The notes: generated from the letters alone by a model not told the origin. 64,000 bases of DNA from an uncultured Nitrospiraceae bacterium (GCA_963727805.1 CAVSHF010000005.1:544001-608000); one strand, 5' to 3'; counted from the first letter of the stretch, positions 20,430 through 30,632 are shown. Numbers and translations are program-made.

Positions 20430-20997
20430 TTAGCGCTTCCATAACAGCAAAGATAAGATCAATAACAGAAAGATCACTGATAATATCCCGAAGAGATTAT
20501 TTATCCGAAAGGAAGCACCGCCATCGCCTTCACCAAACCTCTCTTCTGGATGGTGAGCATAATACTCTTTGATGTCTTCGACTTTTCGGCCGCACGAGGG
20601 GCATTTTAAATCAACTAGCTGCCGCCCATTAAACGTCCCCTTACAATGCGGGCAGATTGCGAATTTGGGCTTATTAACCTCAGCTCGATAAAGTTCTCGC
20701 TGCTTTCGACTGCTTAAATCCTTGAAAATTGAAAGGAGACTGTAAATAAAGATTGTTAATCCGCTGAACAAAGTCAGCCAAGCGGTACCTTTTGCATTGT
20801 TCCCATAAATATGATAAGAATGATATACGATCTCGCCCGTATCGTAGTACTCCCAGAAACAAATAACACCATATAGATAATGCGGTTAGGGATATCATAA
20901 AAGTACTGAGTACTGCCCTGATAAGTTTCTTGTTATGGAGATAGAGATACTTCAGAGAATGAAGCAGTACTTCGAGTCTATTATTATTGTCAGGCAT
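20430..20997 (-). pseudogene. Membrane protein with Zn-ribbon (CPHC..CPSC), frameshifted near 20880
   Basis: The 20997 ORF reads well to ..ISLTAL. The adjacent frame continues YGVICFWEYYDTGEIVYHSYHIYGNNAKGTAWLTLFSGLTIF.. into the 20430-20771 ORF. Confidence 0.55.
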
Positions 20998-21000
20998 AGC

Positions 21001-21513
21001 TCAGGACTCTTTGTTAAACATTCTTACAATAATAGGCTTGGTTTTCTTAGCTTCCCACCAAAAACCTCCCGAAGTGAGAGCAATACCGAATACGAGCATT
21101 CCCAGTGGGACCAGTAGTGCTGGCAATGGGGTCATTTTCCCGCTAAGTGCAGCCGCTAGGAATGTTAGCACCCCTATGCTTACCCCGCTAAGCCAGACAA
21201 GCATAAAAATCCCAACAAACCGATGGAGCCTCATCGTCACCGATATTCGTTTCCCTGATGCTGTTGGAGTAATCACACCCTCTATAACCGGCAGAAACGA
21301 GTTCCGGTACTTGATTATCCTCATAATCTTAAATCCATCTGTTGCAAATTCACCTTGGAATATTTTACTGCTTGCTGTCGGCCGTCGAAACCACTTTGGC
21401 GGCTCTACCACAGCTTCAAGAGCTGAATGTATCTGTTCAGAAGACATTGTTGTAGCAATTTCAAACGTGTCTTTAGGGTAGATATTTATCATGGCCCATG
21501 CCCCGTTATTCAC
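21001..21513 (-). CDS. Membrane protein of unknown function
   Basis: F.G......FKI.RII.YRNSFLP.I.G followed by two TM helices. Confidence 0.7.
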   Translation of the reverse strand: MNNGAWAMINIYPKDTFEIATTMSSEQIHSALEAVVEPPKWFRRPTASSKIFQGEFATDGFKIMRIIKYRNSFLPVIEGVITPTASGKRISVTMRLHRFVGIFMLVWLSGVSIGVLTFLAAALSGKMTPLPALLVPLGMLVFGIALTSGGFWWEAKKTKPIIVRMFNKES

Positions 21514-21820
21514 TTCGGCTGCTCAGCAGATTATAGCAAATCGCAAGTGTGAATGCTGTAAGGATGGATACAATGGGTATAAATTATTGTGAGACAGTTA
21601 TTGTGAGGCAATAAAGTCGCGTGACGTCGCACATGTCTTTGCGAATTTGCTACTGCTAATCGCGAGTGCATACAATACTGAGAAGATGCTATGTTTCAAC
21701 GTGCAATCAATGGTGCTTCCGGAGAGCCCCGCTTGAAGGTGAGAAATCCTAGACTTTTTCTACAGCCTCGAATAATGGAATTCTGCGATGCGGCGGCGCT
21801 ACATCCGCGGCAATAATTAG

Positions 21821-22354
21821 TTATGGCGCACAAACTATCCGCTTACCTTTAGTATCGATGCAGAACCAATCGCCACCCTTCAGTTCATGATACTCCCCGG
21901 TGGAATCTACTGGTACCGTTCTGCATCCGTTGCATACAAGAGCCTTTCCCTCCTCAAATGCTTCGCATCCGTCAAAATGCGGAATGATAGTGCCTCTACC
22001 ATCCGCCGTTGCATAACCGCATTTTCCTCCGCGCTCAAAGCGAACAAAGCCATTATGGAAATTATCTGGGCCATTGTCGACGGGATAAACGCCCGCCACC
22101 ACCACCTTGCCCTGCCTGTTCACATACATCCAGCCTTGCACTTTCCCATAAACGATCGCCAAGTTGCCATTGAATTTAAGACTAGCCAGATGAAATCGCT
22201 TAACCTGAAGCCACTCTTTCCCACGTTGTTCAAGGCAATTCTTATGCTCTGAGAAACCATTCGAATCTGAATACCAGCAGGGTAACCCGCCCGCTGTAGA
22301 AATTCCAACCGCTGCTGTGATGATCACGGCAATGAGAATCAAAGTTCTTTTCAT
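21821..22354 (-). CDS. Secreted WG-repeat-type protein
   Basis: Signal peptide; W.YVNRQGK, DNGPD.F..G.VR, K.GY....G..II...F....F.EG.A.VC and W..ID..GK. Confidence 0.75.
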   Translation of the reverse strand: MKRTLILIAVIITAAVGISTAGGLPCWYSDSNGFSEHKNCLEQRGKEWLQVKRFHLASLKFNGNLAIVYGKVQGWMYVNRQGKVVVAGVYPVDNGPDNFHNGFVRFERGGKCGYATADGRGTIIPHFDGCEAFEEGKALVCNGCRTVPVDSTGEYHELKGGDWFCIDTKGKRIVCAP

Positions 22355-22803
22355 AGTTCGCCTTAACAATGTCATTAACGTTCATCTTTCAGCAACTATA
22401 GCTCATATTTGTTCCTACTTAAAATCTCCATCTCGGATGCCAAGATTGAAAGTATTATCTTTTTAGTCTTATATTTAATAGCGGCCATGGTGGAGTGGGA
22501 AGTGATGGCTCGGTCTGGGTGGGGGTCTTTATGATTGTCGTAATATTGCTCCTGGTAGTTTTGGCTGTGGTAGTAGTGGTGGCAATAGTTCTAGTGCTGG
22601 CGGCGCTGGTAGTGGTGCTGTTAAGGTAGTAGCTATCTACAACGCCTGCAAATATCAGCAGGCTAATAATAGCCGCAAAGCTTTATTTTAACCTAGAAAC
22701 TTCTACTTATTATCAACACAGCAGGGACACGGTTCATTATTCAAGGTTTCTTCCCATAATCGATATCAACGCTGCTCGCCAGAGGTTACCGGGTCTGCCT
22801 TGA

Positions 22804-23013
22804 TTACTTTGCTTTTCTATTCTTGCTACTGAACGATGTCCAAATAAAAGCGATACCTACAATAATCATGAAAATCCCAAGAAAAACGTTATAACCAGTT
22901 GCATTAAGGGTCACCCTATATATGTCGTTGCAAATTACAGGGTCGTTTATTATTCCTATGCCAAGAAATATCAAGATAAGACCCAATATTGTAAAACCAA
23001 TTTTATTAAACAT
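22804..23013 (-). CDS. Small two-TM membrane protein
   Basis: Two hydrophobic helices and a basic C-terminus. Confidence 0.6.
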   Translation of the reverse strand: MFNKIGFTILGLILIFLGIGIINDPVICNDIYRVTLNATGYNVFLGIFMIIVGIAFIWTSFSSKNRKAK

Positions 23014-23481
23014 AAATATTTCCATTTGACATACGGCGCTCGGTGTCATGCTCTTGATTATTTGTAGTCAACGCAATTATATCAGATTGCGCAGTGTATA
23101 TTTCTAAAAGTTGATGACGATGGAATATTTCTTGTTTCTTGGGAAATATTGCATTCTGATTATTGAGCTTGTGACGATTACGTGGTGCAACGAGAACGGA
23201 CCACTTATAACTACTTAAAACCAATAGTCGGCGATATCGGCTCGTGATACGAGCTTTCTCCCGGAAATAGATACTATCGCAGGTCGGTAGAGAATGATGA
23301 CAATGTGACGGCTGCATTAGATGTCGGGACATTGCTATTTTGCCTTGACAGGCACAAATATTTTTGTTGAAGAGTAGGTTTAGGTGTGATAGCATGTAGC
23401 CAATGAGTTATTCGTATGATTACGGAGAAGGGCAACAGCTCTGAATGCCTGTTATAGAAAATATAAGGGAGGTTACAAGAA

Positions 23482-23925
23482 ATGAAAAAAATGCTTATTC
23501 TTGCTATCTGCTGCATCTTTGCTATCGTTTCGTTATGCTTCGCGTCTGATCTCAAAAAGGTTGACAATCCGACGATTGAAATGCTCCAAGGCAAATGGGA
23601 GGGAAAATATGAAAGAACATCGGGAAATAGGACGGAAGGTCCGTTTGAGATGAAATTTAAAGGTAACAAAGCAAAAATTACGCGGGGTTATAACTGCACC
23701 GATCCTCTTAGTCAGGGGTTTGCTACGATCGATAAGATCGAGGGAAGCAAAATATTCATGTCTTCTAAAAACTCCAATTTTGAAATTGAGTTGTTTACTA
23801 ACAATAATGCTGAGTTTTTCATTGAAGGCAACTTTACCGGCTACAAGGAGGCCGCTGTCGGAATTGGGTCTGCAACAAGAAACTCCGACATTAAACTACA
23901 AAGAACGAGTACTAATAGACGCTAA
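23482..23925 (+). CDS. Secreted protein of unknown function
   Basis: GGGAGG RBS, MKK signal peptide, L.GKWEG.Y. Confidence 0.7.
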   Translation: MKKMLILAICCIFAIVSLCFASDLKKVDNPTIEMLQGKWEGKYERTSGNRTEGPFEMKFKGNKAKITRGYNCTDPLSQGFATIDKIEGSKIFMSSKNSNFEIELFTNNNAEFFIEGNFTGYKEAAVGIGSATRNSDIKLQRTSTNRR

Positions 23926-24657
23926 GAATGTATCAGATAAAGCAGTAAAAGAGTGAGCAGAAATCAATTACGCTTGATGGTCGTCCTGTGATAATCACTT
24001 ACTGGCACTAAGTATTGAAGAATATTAGCGATAAGGCTAGCTCTTTAGCGCTAAAAGGGGAAAGAAAACGGAGCTGATTTCTTTTATGATAGCCGGATCT
24101 ACCGTCGTAATAATCATCGGCAGTTCCGGCTGTTTAAGACTAGATGATCACACTTTTGCCGAAGCACGTGCAGCTAGGCTTTGCAGGCGGAGTTTTGATG
24201 AAGACGGCCTCTCAATATTTACGCTTAGACGTACCCATAATTGTATTCAGGATACTCCTTTTTGTTGACCGAAGCTGTTCGTATGCCGAGAGGCTTGCCA
24301 CGTCGGAACCTTGCGTCTTCGGGGTCCAGGTCGGCGATCGAAGAGCGAAGAGCGAAGACCCCTAGTCAAGCACGGGGTTTAATGCCCCGCGCGCAAAGCT
24401 GGTCCTAGAGCGCATAGTACGATCGGGCCCTTACTCCCGTGAGAAGGCAGTGAGAGTTGAGAAATTTTTCGATGCAAGGTTAGTAGTCGAAGTCATCGAT
24501 ACTGCATGATCGCCCAAATCGATGACTTCTTGGTGTAATGATCGGAAGTTGTCTCTACATTGCATTCCATCCGAAGATTTACAATATGCGTGCTCAAATT
24601 CCTCAGTTACCGACTCTATTTTTCAGTTGCCATCTTTATTTTTCGCAATCAATTATC

Positions 24658-25407
24658 TCATTTACGCCCATTAAGTTTGCTTTCGATTCTGGAACATATA
24701 CCGTGAAGCATGTTAACTTCCCATTCCGTAATACCTGCCCTGCCGATAAAGTGTTTAAGGTTCGTCATGATCTTTTTTTCAATGTCTCGATCCCCCATCG
24801 GGATATATTCGAGCAACTTCAGGGTATCCGAGATTCTTGCATACAATAATGAAAGTTCCTCGTGACGGACGAGTCGGACAGACGCGAGAGAAGCTTTCCC
24901 GTAGGATTCTGACTCTCTATAATCGACGCGTGAAAGCTCATATGCCACAATAAGGACCGCCTGCGAAAGGTTGAGTGATGGATGTTCGCTATTGGCCGGA
25001 ATGGAGAGAAGTAAGCCGCATTCTTCAATCTCTTCATTAAAGAGGCCCCGATCTTCCCGTCCGAACAGAATCGCTATCTCGTTATCCGCTGCAAGGGCAC
25101 GCAGCTTCTGTACCCCTTGCGCGACGGGATAAATAATGCCTCGCTTCTTCCCCTTTCGACGTGTAGTCCCTGCAACAATCGCCTTATTACTTATCGCCTC
25201 TTTCAGGTTTTGATAAACAGGAGTGGCTTCGAGCACATCGAGAGCATTGCGCGCAAACCATTTCGCCTCGTCAGTAATTGCCACAGGCTTGACAAGGCAG
25301 AGTCGTCCGAATCCCATGTTCTTGATCGCCCTCGCAGAAGCGCCCATATTCCCGGGTTCGCGCGGCTCAACGAGGATAAAAGAGACATTATCCTTCCAGC
25401 TTTTCAT
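24658..25407 (-). CDS. trmJ: tRNA 2'-O-methyltransferase, TrmJ/LasT (SPOUT) family
   Basis: LVEP..PGN.GA.ARA.KNMG, ILFGRED.GL.NEE and SLNLSQAV...YE. Confidence 0.88.
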   Translation of the reverse strand: MKSWKDNVSFILVEPREPGNMGASARAIKNMGFGRLCLVKPVAITDEAKWFARNALDVLEATPVYQNLKEAISNKAIVAGTTRRKGKKRGIIYPVAQGVQKLRALAADNEIAILFGREDRGLFNEEIEECGLLLSIPANSEHPSLNLSQAVLIVAYELSRVDYRESESYGKASLASVRLVRHEELSLLYARISDTLKLLEYIPMGDRDIEKKIMTNLKHFIGRAGITEWEVNMLHGICSRIESKLNGRK

Positions 25408-25470
25408 ACACAGATTATAACACCTGCCGAATCCTTATCCCCAAAATAGCGATCATACCGAATTACACAC

Positions 25471-25506
25471 AAAAAAGGGCGGGACTTTGTTAGCAGTCCC
25501 GCCCTT
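25471..25506 (-). terminator. Intrinsic terminator
   Basis: GGGCGGGACT..AGTCCCGCCC perfect stem with a U-run on the minus strand. Confidence 0.88.
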
Positions 25507-25535
25507 CTCATGAACAAGTATTCAGCTCTATTAAA

Positions 25536-25775
25536 CTAGCAGCCTTCAATAGCCTTTTTCTTCTGGATCTTGCCGTCTTTCACCATAACCTTATCGCCGA
25601 CCTTGAAGCCCTTTGCATCTCCTTCAACAGTCGTCTCCTTACCGTCAGCAGCCTTCACCGTAATCTTGCTGCCATCGATCTTGGTGATCGAACCCTTCAC
25701 ATCGGCGGCGAAGCAAAGGCCGACAACACCGAGAGTAAAGATGATCGCCACCAATAATACGAGTACCTTCTTCAT
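25536..25775 (-). CDS. Small secreted beta-barrel-like protein ending KKKAIEGC
   Basis: GGAGG RBS, signal peptide, G.I.KIDG.KITVK..DGKE.TV..FKVGDKV.V, terminal Cys. Confidence 0.85.
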   Translation of the reverse strand: MKKVLVLLVAIIFTLGVVGLCFAADVKGSITKIDGSKITVKAADGKETTVEGDAKGFKVGDKVMVKDGKIQKKKAIEGC

Positions 25776-25862
25776 TTCTTGCACCTCCTTTCGATTAAAG
25801 ATTAGAACCATCTTCAGTTCTTACTTATGTATTTTACTATATCAGCCACACTTTAAGCCAGA

Positions 25863-26951
25863 TCAGTCCTTCATGGGCTTGATGAACATGAAGTAGACCA
25901 TTGTCCAGTTCCCCAGGATTATGAAGACAGTTGCAACGATACTTTGCAGCGCCAGTCCTGACACACCTGTCAGGGCATGTCCCACCGTTCAACCACCGGC
26001 AAGTGCGCCTCCTATGCCCATAATAACTCCTCCGAAAAAGACCCTTACCAGTTCCGCAGCGTCTCTCGGGGTGGTCAGTTTGAATTCTGAAAGCCCCTTG
26101 GCGCTAATATAAGCACCCAAAGGAACACCTAAAATATAGAGAGAACTCCATGAGATGGCACCATAGTTAAAGATGCTGAAAAGTTGGTCATTTTTTGCAC
26201 CACTGTCTCCGGTAAGGAAGAACATCATTGATTCAGCGAGAGGGCCTGAGAACGAAAGACCCCTTGCGCGACCTCCCCACTGAAAAGAAGTCCACCATGC
26301 GCCGACTATGACCAGACCGACAAGGAGTCCGCCCAGTGACCATGACCAGCCCTTCTTCGGCTGTTTGGCGAAAGGCTTTCCTTTGAGAATGACCGGAATC
26401 AATATGCCCACAATAACGGCGATAATAATCCATTTGTAGTCGGGACCTCCCAAAATGTCCCACAGAGCGGGATTGGCAATCGCATCATCGCCCGTCCCTA
26501 TCGGCACCTTGTAGCTTTTCAGGAACTGCATAAGCGGCTGGAGCGGCCCGTGATAGCTGGCGATAAGGGACAAGCCAAATCCGAGCATCGCTACAAAGGC
26601 TGCGAACGCTCCCTCACCCTGCTTGTAAAGGACTCCGCTACCGCATCCTCCAGCCATGACTATACCTAGACCAAAAATATAGCCGCCGACAATGGCCGCT
26701 ATAGGAGCAAATGTCTGACGAGTCAGCCCGTCATCACCAAGAAATCCGAGTGCTTCAAGCCCATTTGAACCAACAATAGCCACAACAAGAGCGAGAAGCC
26801 ATGCGCGCAATAACGTTGTATCGTTTACAAAGATCACGTCTCTGAACGCTGAGTTCATTCAATATCTGCCGCGCTGCAGGACGAAACCGAAGACAAGACC
26901 TGTAAGGACACCGCTCAGGATGACCATTATGGTCGCCGGTTGTACCTCCAT
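25863..26951 (-). CDS. YeeE/YedE-family sulfur/selenium transporter with two predicted selenocysteines (U31, U321), 362 aa
   Basis: GGGAGG RBS and ATG 26951. Reads MEVQ...GFVLQRGRY-UGA-MNSAFRD...AGGCGSG...LAGG-UGA-TVGHALTG...KPMKD. Both UGAs sit at the family's conserved Cys positions (RGRFC, GGCT) and are followed by hairpins. Confidence 0.9.
25951..25976 (-). promoter_or_regulatory. Bacterial SECIS-like hairpin after UGA 25989-25991
   Basis: 12 nt after the UGA: GC-CCUGACA-GGUG-UGUCAGG-ACU-GGC, a 7-bp perfect upper stem with a G-rich apical loop. Confidence 0.85.
26822..26848 (-). promoter_or_regulatory. Bacterial SECIS-like hairpin after UGA 26859-26861
   Basis: 10 nt after the UGA: CGUU-CAGAGA-cguga-UCUUUG-ua-AACG. 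Confidence 0.7.
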
Positions 26952-27216
26952 CTGATACCTCCCTATTTTGTGATATTTTCCAGCCAATGGCCTTGTAACT
27001 GACAGACTAATCTCTTTCTATATGCAGGGGACTCCTCTCCTCATCACAGGCTATCAATGTGCATTTCGCTGTAACAGATGTCGAAGCTGTTTCTTTTATC
27101 AGTTTCAATCACTAAAGGCATACCGATTTTTTAGCATAAGCCGCGAATAAAAGTAAACTGCCTTAAGAAATCTGGGTGGCCGAGAAAGAGCGAAATTTTT
27201 GCCCGTACGTGTAATC

Positions 27217-27657
27217 TCAGATGCTGTGATAGAGATAGATAACCATGAAGATGCCGATTGCCATGACGGTAATCGCAAGAAGCATGTCGAGTAGCCTGGA
27301 TGGATGAAAGGTATCCTCTTCGATCTGATGCTCGACTTTCTTGAACCTGATGAATGAAAGCACTCCCATCAGAGCACCCAAACCTACAAGAATGATCCCG
27401 AAAATCGATGAATAGCCCATTTGCGATATAGAATCATGCGCTGCCTCGCGCACTTCATGTGTGCCAGGCGCCACAGAGACGTTTCCCACATAGAGCGAGA
27501 ACTGCTTGACGAAAATAGCAAATTTCTCGACGACAAACCCGAAGCCCATAATTCCGATGCTTGTCCGTATCCATGCGAGAAAAGTCCTTTCATTCGCCAT
27601 GTGTACACGGCGATTGCGTATTCTTTCAGACTTTCTCTTGTCGGATATTTCAGTCAT
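27217..27657 (-). CDS. YidH/DUF202 membrane protein
   Basis: R.H.ANERTFLAWIRTSI..M.FGF signature. Confidence 0.9.
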   Translation of the reverse strand: MTEISDKRKSERIRNRRVHMANERTFLAWIRTSIGIMGFGFVVEKFAIFVKQFSLYVGNVSVAPGTHEVREAAHDSISQMGYSSIFGIILVGLGALMGVLSFIRFKKVEHQIEEDTFHPSRLLDMLLAITVMAIGIFMVIYLYHSI

Positions 27658-27761
27658 AGGTTAAACCGATTGCACGAATACTTTAATTATAGCTAAAGAC
27701 TTAATAAGAAGGAAGGATTAATGGGACCAATATCAATGTAATGGAAACTAGGCGAATATGT

Positions 27762-28619
27762 CTATTGCGATTTGACGACAAGAACAGGACATGATGCAAA
27801 GCCAATCACTCTTGCGGTAACACTGCCCATGAGGAGCCGCCGCAATCCCGTTCTGCCGTGGGAGGACATGACAATGACATCGGCATTAACATCTTTTGCA
27901 ACTGACAGAATTGCTTTTGCACTATCGCCTTCACGGACAAACGCCTCTGATTTGACGCCCTTCGCTTCCGCTTCGCTTTTCACATCTCCTGCGTATTTCT
28001 TTGCCTTCATGATCATGGCATCGGCAACATCTGTGGCTTCGGCATAAAACTCATCGGGGACGTCAACTACCGACAGCGCTGTCAATGTACCGTTATACGA
28101 TTGAGCGAAATCTATCGCTCTTGCTGCCGCGGCCCGGCTGTATTTGGAGCCGTCCGTTGCGAAGAGGATGGACTTCCATCCCACCTCCGCATTGGACGGA
28201 ACGACCAGAACATCTTTCTGACTGTATCCTATTACCCGCGCCGTAACGCTTCCTATGAGCGTTTTTTCGATCGATCCCCTCCCCGACCGCCCCATGACGA
28301 TCAGGTCGGCATTCTCGGCCTCAGACAGATCAACAATCCTTTCGTAAGGGTCGCCTTGCTCGCAGACAGTCTTTATCAGCGCCCTTTCGCTGTGAGCCAT
28401 TTCCGTAGCTGCCGCAAGTGCCAGTTCACAGGGTTCATTCAATGCCCTCCGCAAATCTCCTATTGCCGTAGTTGATAAGTCCCCGTTATAATCAAGGGCA
28501 ACAGAAACGACAGTTATCCAGCATTTCTCGAAGACTGCAAGCTTGAGGGATTCCCGCAGAGCATGCATGCTCTGCTCTGAACCGTCGACAGCCACCAGGA
28601 TCTTACGATATCTGCCCAC
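27762..28619 (-). CDS. Tandem-domain universal stress protein
   Basis: Two USP domains (ILVAVDGS..DLIVMG..G....GSV; ILFATDGS..DVIVMSSHGRTG...MGSV..V.....CPVLVV). The start codon is GTG. Confidence 0.93.
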   Translation of the reverse strand: MGRYRKILVAVDGSEQSMHALRESLKLAVFEKCWITVVSVALDYNGDLSTTAIGDLRRALNEPCELALAAATEMAHSERALIKTVCEQGDPYERIVDLSEAENADLIVMGRSGRGSIEKTLIGSVTARVIGYSQKDVLVVPSNAEVGWKSILFATDGSKYSRAAAARAIDFAQSYNGTLTALSVVDVPDEFYAEATDVADAMIMKAKKYAGDVKSEAEAKGVKSEAFVREGDSAKAILSVAKDVNADVIVMSSHGRTGLRRLLMGSVTARVIGFASCPVLVVKSQ

Positions 28620-28623
28620 TATC

Positions 28624-29715
28624 TTACTGTGATACTCTTTCGAGGGCTTGTTCCACTGCAGGATGATGCTCCGCCCTGTATCCCTGCCACACTGATTTCA
28701 AAACTATAAAGGCGCCCACCAGAAGTGCGAAGGCCATGATAACAAAGCTCGACCGAGTCAAAACAGTGACCAGAGTTTCATCCAATGATCCCATAATCCC
28801 CAACTGCGAGAGATAAATCGGCACCATCAACCCGCGGCTGAAAATAACGATGACCATGATGAGTCCCATAACTAGCTTGATCATGAAAGGTTTTACATAG
28901 GTGGTTCCAATAGCGCCTAACTGAATGCCGAAGAGCGAACCTGCGAGGAGGATCATGGCAAGTCTGATATCGACGAGGCCATGCATGGCATATTTTAATG
29001 AGCCCCCAACCCCCATGACAAAAGCTACTACCAGCTCCGTTGCCGAAGCCATCAAGCTCGGCGCTCCCATAACATAGATCATGGACGGCACCCCGATAAA
29101 CCCTCCAACAGCGATTGTCGCCGCAAGCATCCCCGTAGCAAATCCGAGAGGGATAGTAAATAGTATCGAGATACGCGCGTTTAGACTCTTAAAATATACC
29201 ATGGTGTATGGAATGTTGACCGACTGTACCCACAGGGCCAGCTTGGAAGTCAGTTCTTTGGCATTGGTGTTTCCGGACCTGTATGTTTTTATAGCGTCGC
29301 TAAGGATAAAACCACCCACGACTGCAAGGATCACTATGAAAACAACACTCACATAGAGATTCGAACCGGCAGTTCCAAACGCTGCCTTGATTTTTTCCTG
29401 GATACTGGCACCGTAAAGGACACCAGCCTCTCCTGAAATTCCCATTACAATGCCGAGTTTCAGATCGACCTGTCCATAGCGGGCACGCTTAATCGAGCCA
29501 ACCAAGGCCTTGGGGAACTTATGGCACATGTTGCTTGCTACCGCAACGAGAGCCGGCACCCCCAGGCTCATCAGGGCGGGGGTCATTACGAATGCTCCTC
29601 CGGATCCGATGAACCCGCTGACGAGTCCACCGATAAAGCCCACGACGAAAAGATATAGTATATTTACTGAGTCAAGAGTGATGAAGTTAGCCGCTTGATT
29701 CGCTATGTCGTGCAT
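28624..29715 (-). CDS. TauE/SafE (TSUP) family transporter
   Basis: GF.GGL.SGFIG.GGAFV.TP and IAVGGFIGVP repeats; polytopic. Confidence 0.9.
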   Translation of the reverse strand: MHDIANQAANFITLDSVNILYLFVVGFIGGLVSGFIGSGGAFVMTPALMSLGVPALVAVASNMCHKFPKALVGSIKRARYGQVDLKLGIVMGISGEAGVLYGASIQEKIKAAFGTAGSNLYVSVVFIVILAVVGGFILSDAIKTYRSGNTNAKELTSKLALWVQSVNIPYTMVYFKSLNARISILFTIPLGFATGMLAATIAVGGFIGVPSMIYVMGAPSLMASATELVVAFVMGVGGSLKYAMHGLVDIRLAMILLAGSLFGIQLGAIGTTYVKPFMIKLVMGLIMVIVIFSRGLMVPIYLSQLGIMGSLDETLVTVLTRSSFVIMAFALLVGAFIVLKSVWQGYRAEHHPAVEQALERVSQ

Positions 29716-29966
29716 TACCGTGCCTCCTTCTTTTTAGACGCCTCGATTCCCATTACGCTCCAGAAACTGCCGGTAAACGAACCGTGCACATATGAAAATA
29801 AAAAAGCCACCACTATCGGCAGAAGAGCGAATAATCCCCCACGCCCGAAATAGTCAATCACTGGTTCCTGATAAAGCAATAAAGCCGCGTACATGGCTAT
29901 CGAAAGTCCCCCCCAAATAGCGGCGCTCGCCCAAGGTTTCTTCTTTTTGTTACTCTGCATGCCCAT
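29715..29966 (-). CDS. Small two-TM membrane protein
   Basis: ALLPI..AF.FSYVHG.F...FW...GI.A; translationally coupled to tauE. Confidence 0.8.
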   Translation of the reverse strand: MGMQSNKKKKPWASAAIWGGLSIAMYAALLLYQEPVIDYFGRGGLFALLPIVVAFLFSYVHGSFTGSFWSVMGIEASKKKEAR

Positions 29967-30020
29967 GTCCTCACCTTCCTCCTTTTATTTGTTTAATTAA
30001 TCACGTGTCGTTTATTTTGA

Positions 30021-30497
30021 TTAAGCGCCAACCACAACCAGCGGGCACTTGATCACATCCCTTACATCAGGCAGGATCTCAGCCTCATCACCGCATCCCG
30101 TATCTAGCCCTCCGTATGAATTCACTACTACATAATCGAAGCCTGAGTTCTGACGGGTAACGTCCACAACCGCTTTTTTCAGACATCCATCTACGACATT
30201 GAAGCGGTAGTCGATTCCCGCCTCCTTGAGTTCGGAATCCAGGCGCTCAACCATGGCCCTGCCTGATTCCATACAAAGAATTTCGAGGCCGGCCTTCATC
30301 CTTTTGCAGAAATTGAGGGCATACGTAAAGCACTTAACGTCTGATGACCGACCTGTGAGGACAAGCAATACCTTCTGTTTCGTTCCGGCCATCTCACGAG
30401 CCATTTCAAATTCTCCTGCCTCTGCAAAAGCCGTTGCAGCCATGATAGTCTCGAATCTCTTGATAAGGCTGCTAAGCTTCATCTTTTTGCTTTCCAT
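30021..30497 (-). CDS. Degenerate USP-like protein with N-terminal FAEAGEF motif
   Basis: GGAGG RBS before ATG 30497; MAATAFAEAGEFEMARE, then KVLLV..YA.NFC.R..A.LEIL..CPLVVV. Confidence 0.8.
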   Translation of the reverse strand: MESKKMKLSSLIKRFETIMAATAFAEAGEFEMAREMAGTKQKVLLVLTGRSSDVKCFTYALNFCKRMKAGLEILCMESGRAMVERLDSELKEAGIDYRFNVVDGCLKKAVVDVTRQNSGFDYVVVNSYGGLDTGCGDEAEILPDVRDVIKCPLVVVGA

Positions 30498-30525
30498 GTG
30501 CGTCACCTCCATCCCTAACAATAGG

Positions 30526-30540
30526 TCAATTTCCGTGCCA
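30526..30540 (-). promoter_or_regulatory. Sigma54 (-24/-12) promoter
   Basis: TGGCAC-GGAAA-TTGA about 30 nt upstream of the first gene of the USP/TauE operon. Confidence 0.75.
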
Positions 30541-30617
30541 AGCATGAAATAACATGCAACTTATTGTATTTAAGTGACATTTATAATATGACCTCAAATA
30601 CTTCAAACAACCCCATG

Positions 30618-30632
30618 GTTGCATTTTGCAAC
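30618..30632. promoter_or_regulatory. Palindromic enhancer-like site
   Basis: GTTGCA-TTT-TGCAAC about 80 nt upstream of the sigma54 site. Confidence 0.7.

Noticed and set aside
22480..22690. Low-complexity GGT/AGT-rich tract (Gly/Ser-rich or poly-Val by frame), possible Rhs-tip remnant
   Set aside because: No start, RBS or diagnostic motif; cannot be supported.
24050..24105. ATGATAGCCGGATCTACCG resembling the 3' end of a c-di-GMP-I riboswitch
   Set aside because: The upstream GCAAA/GNRA-loop elements of the aptamer are missing.
25863..25865. Third TGA at the end of the YeeE gene as Sec
   Set aside because: It falls after the last TM helix, with another stop a few codons later and no convincing hairpin; treated as the true stop.
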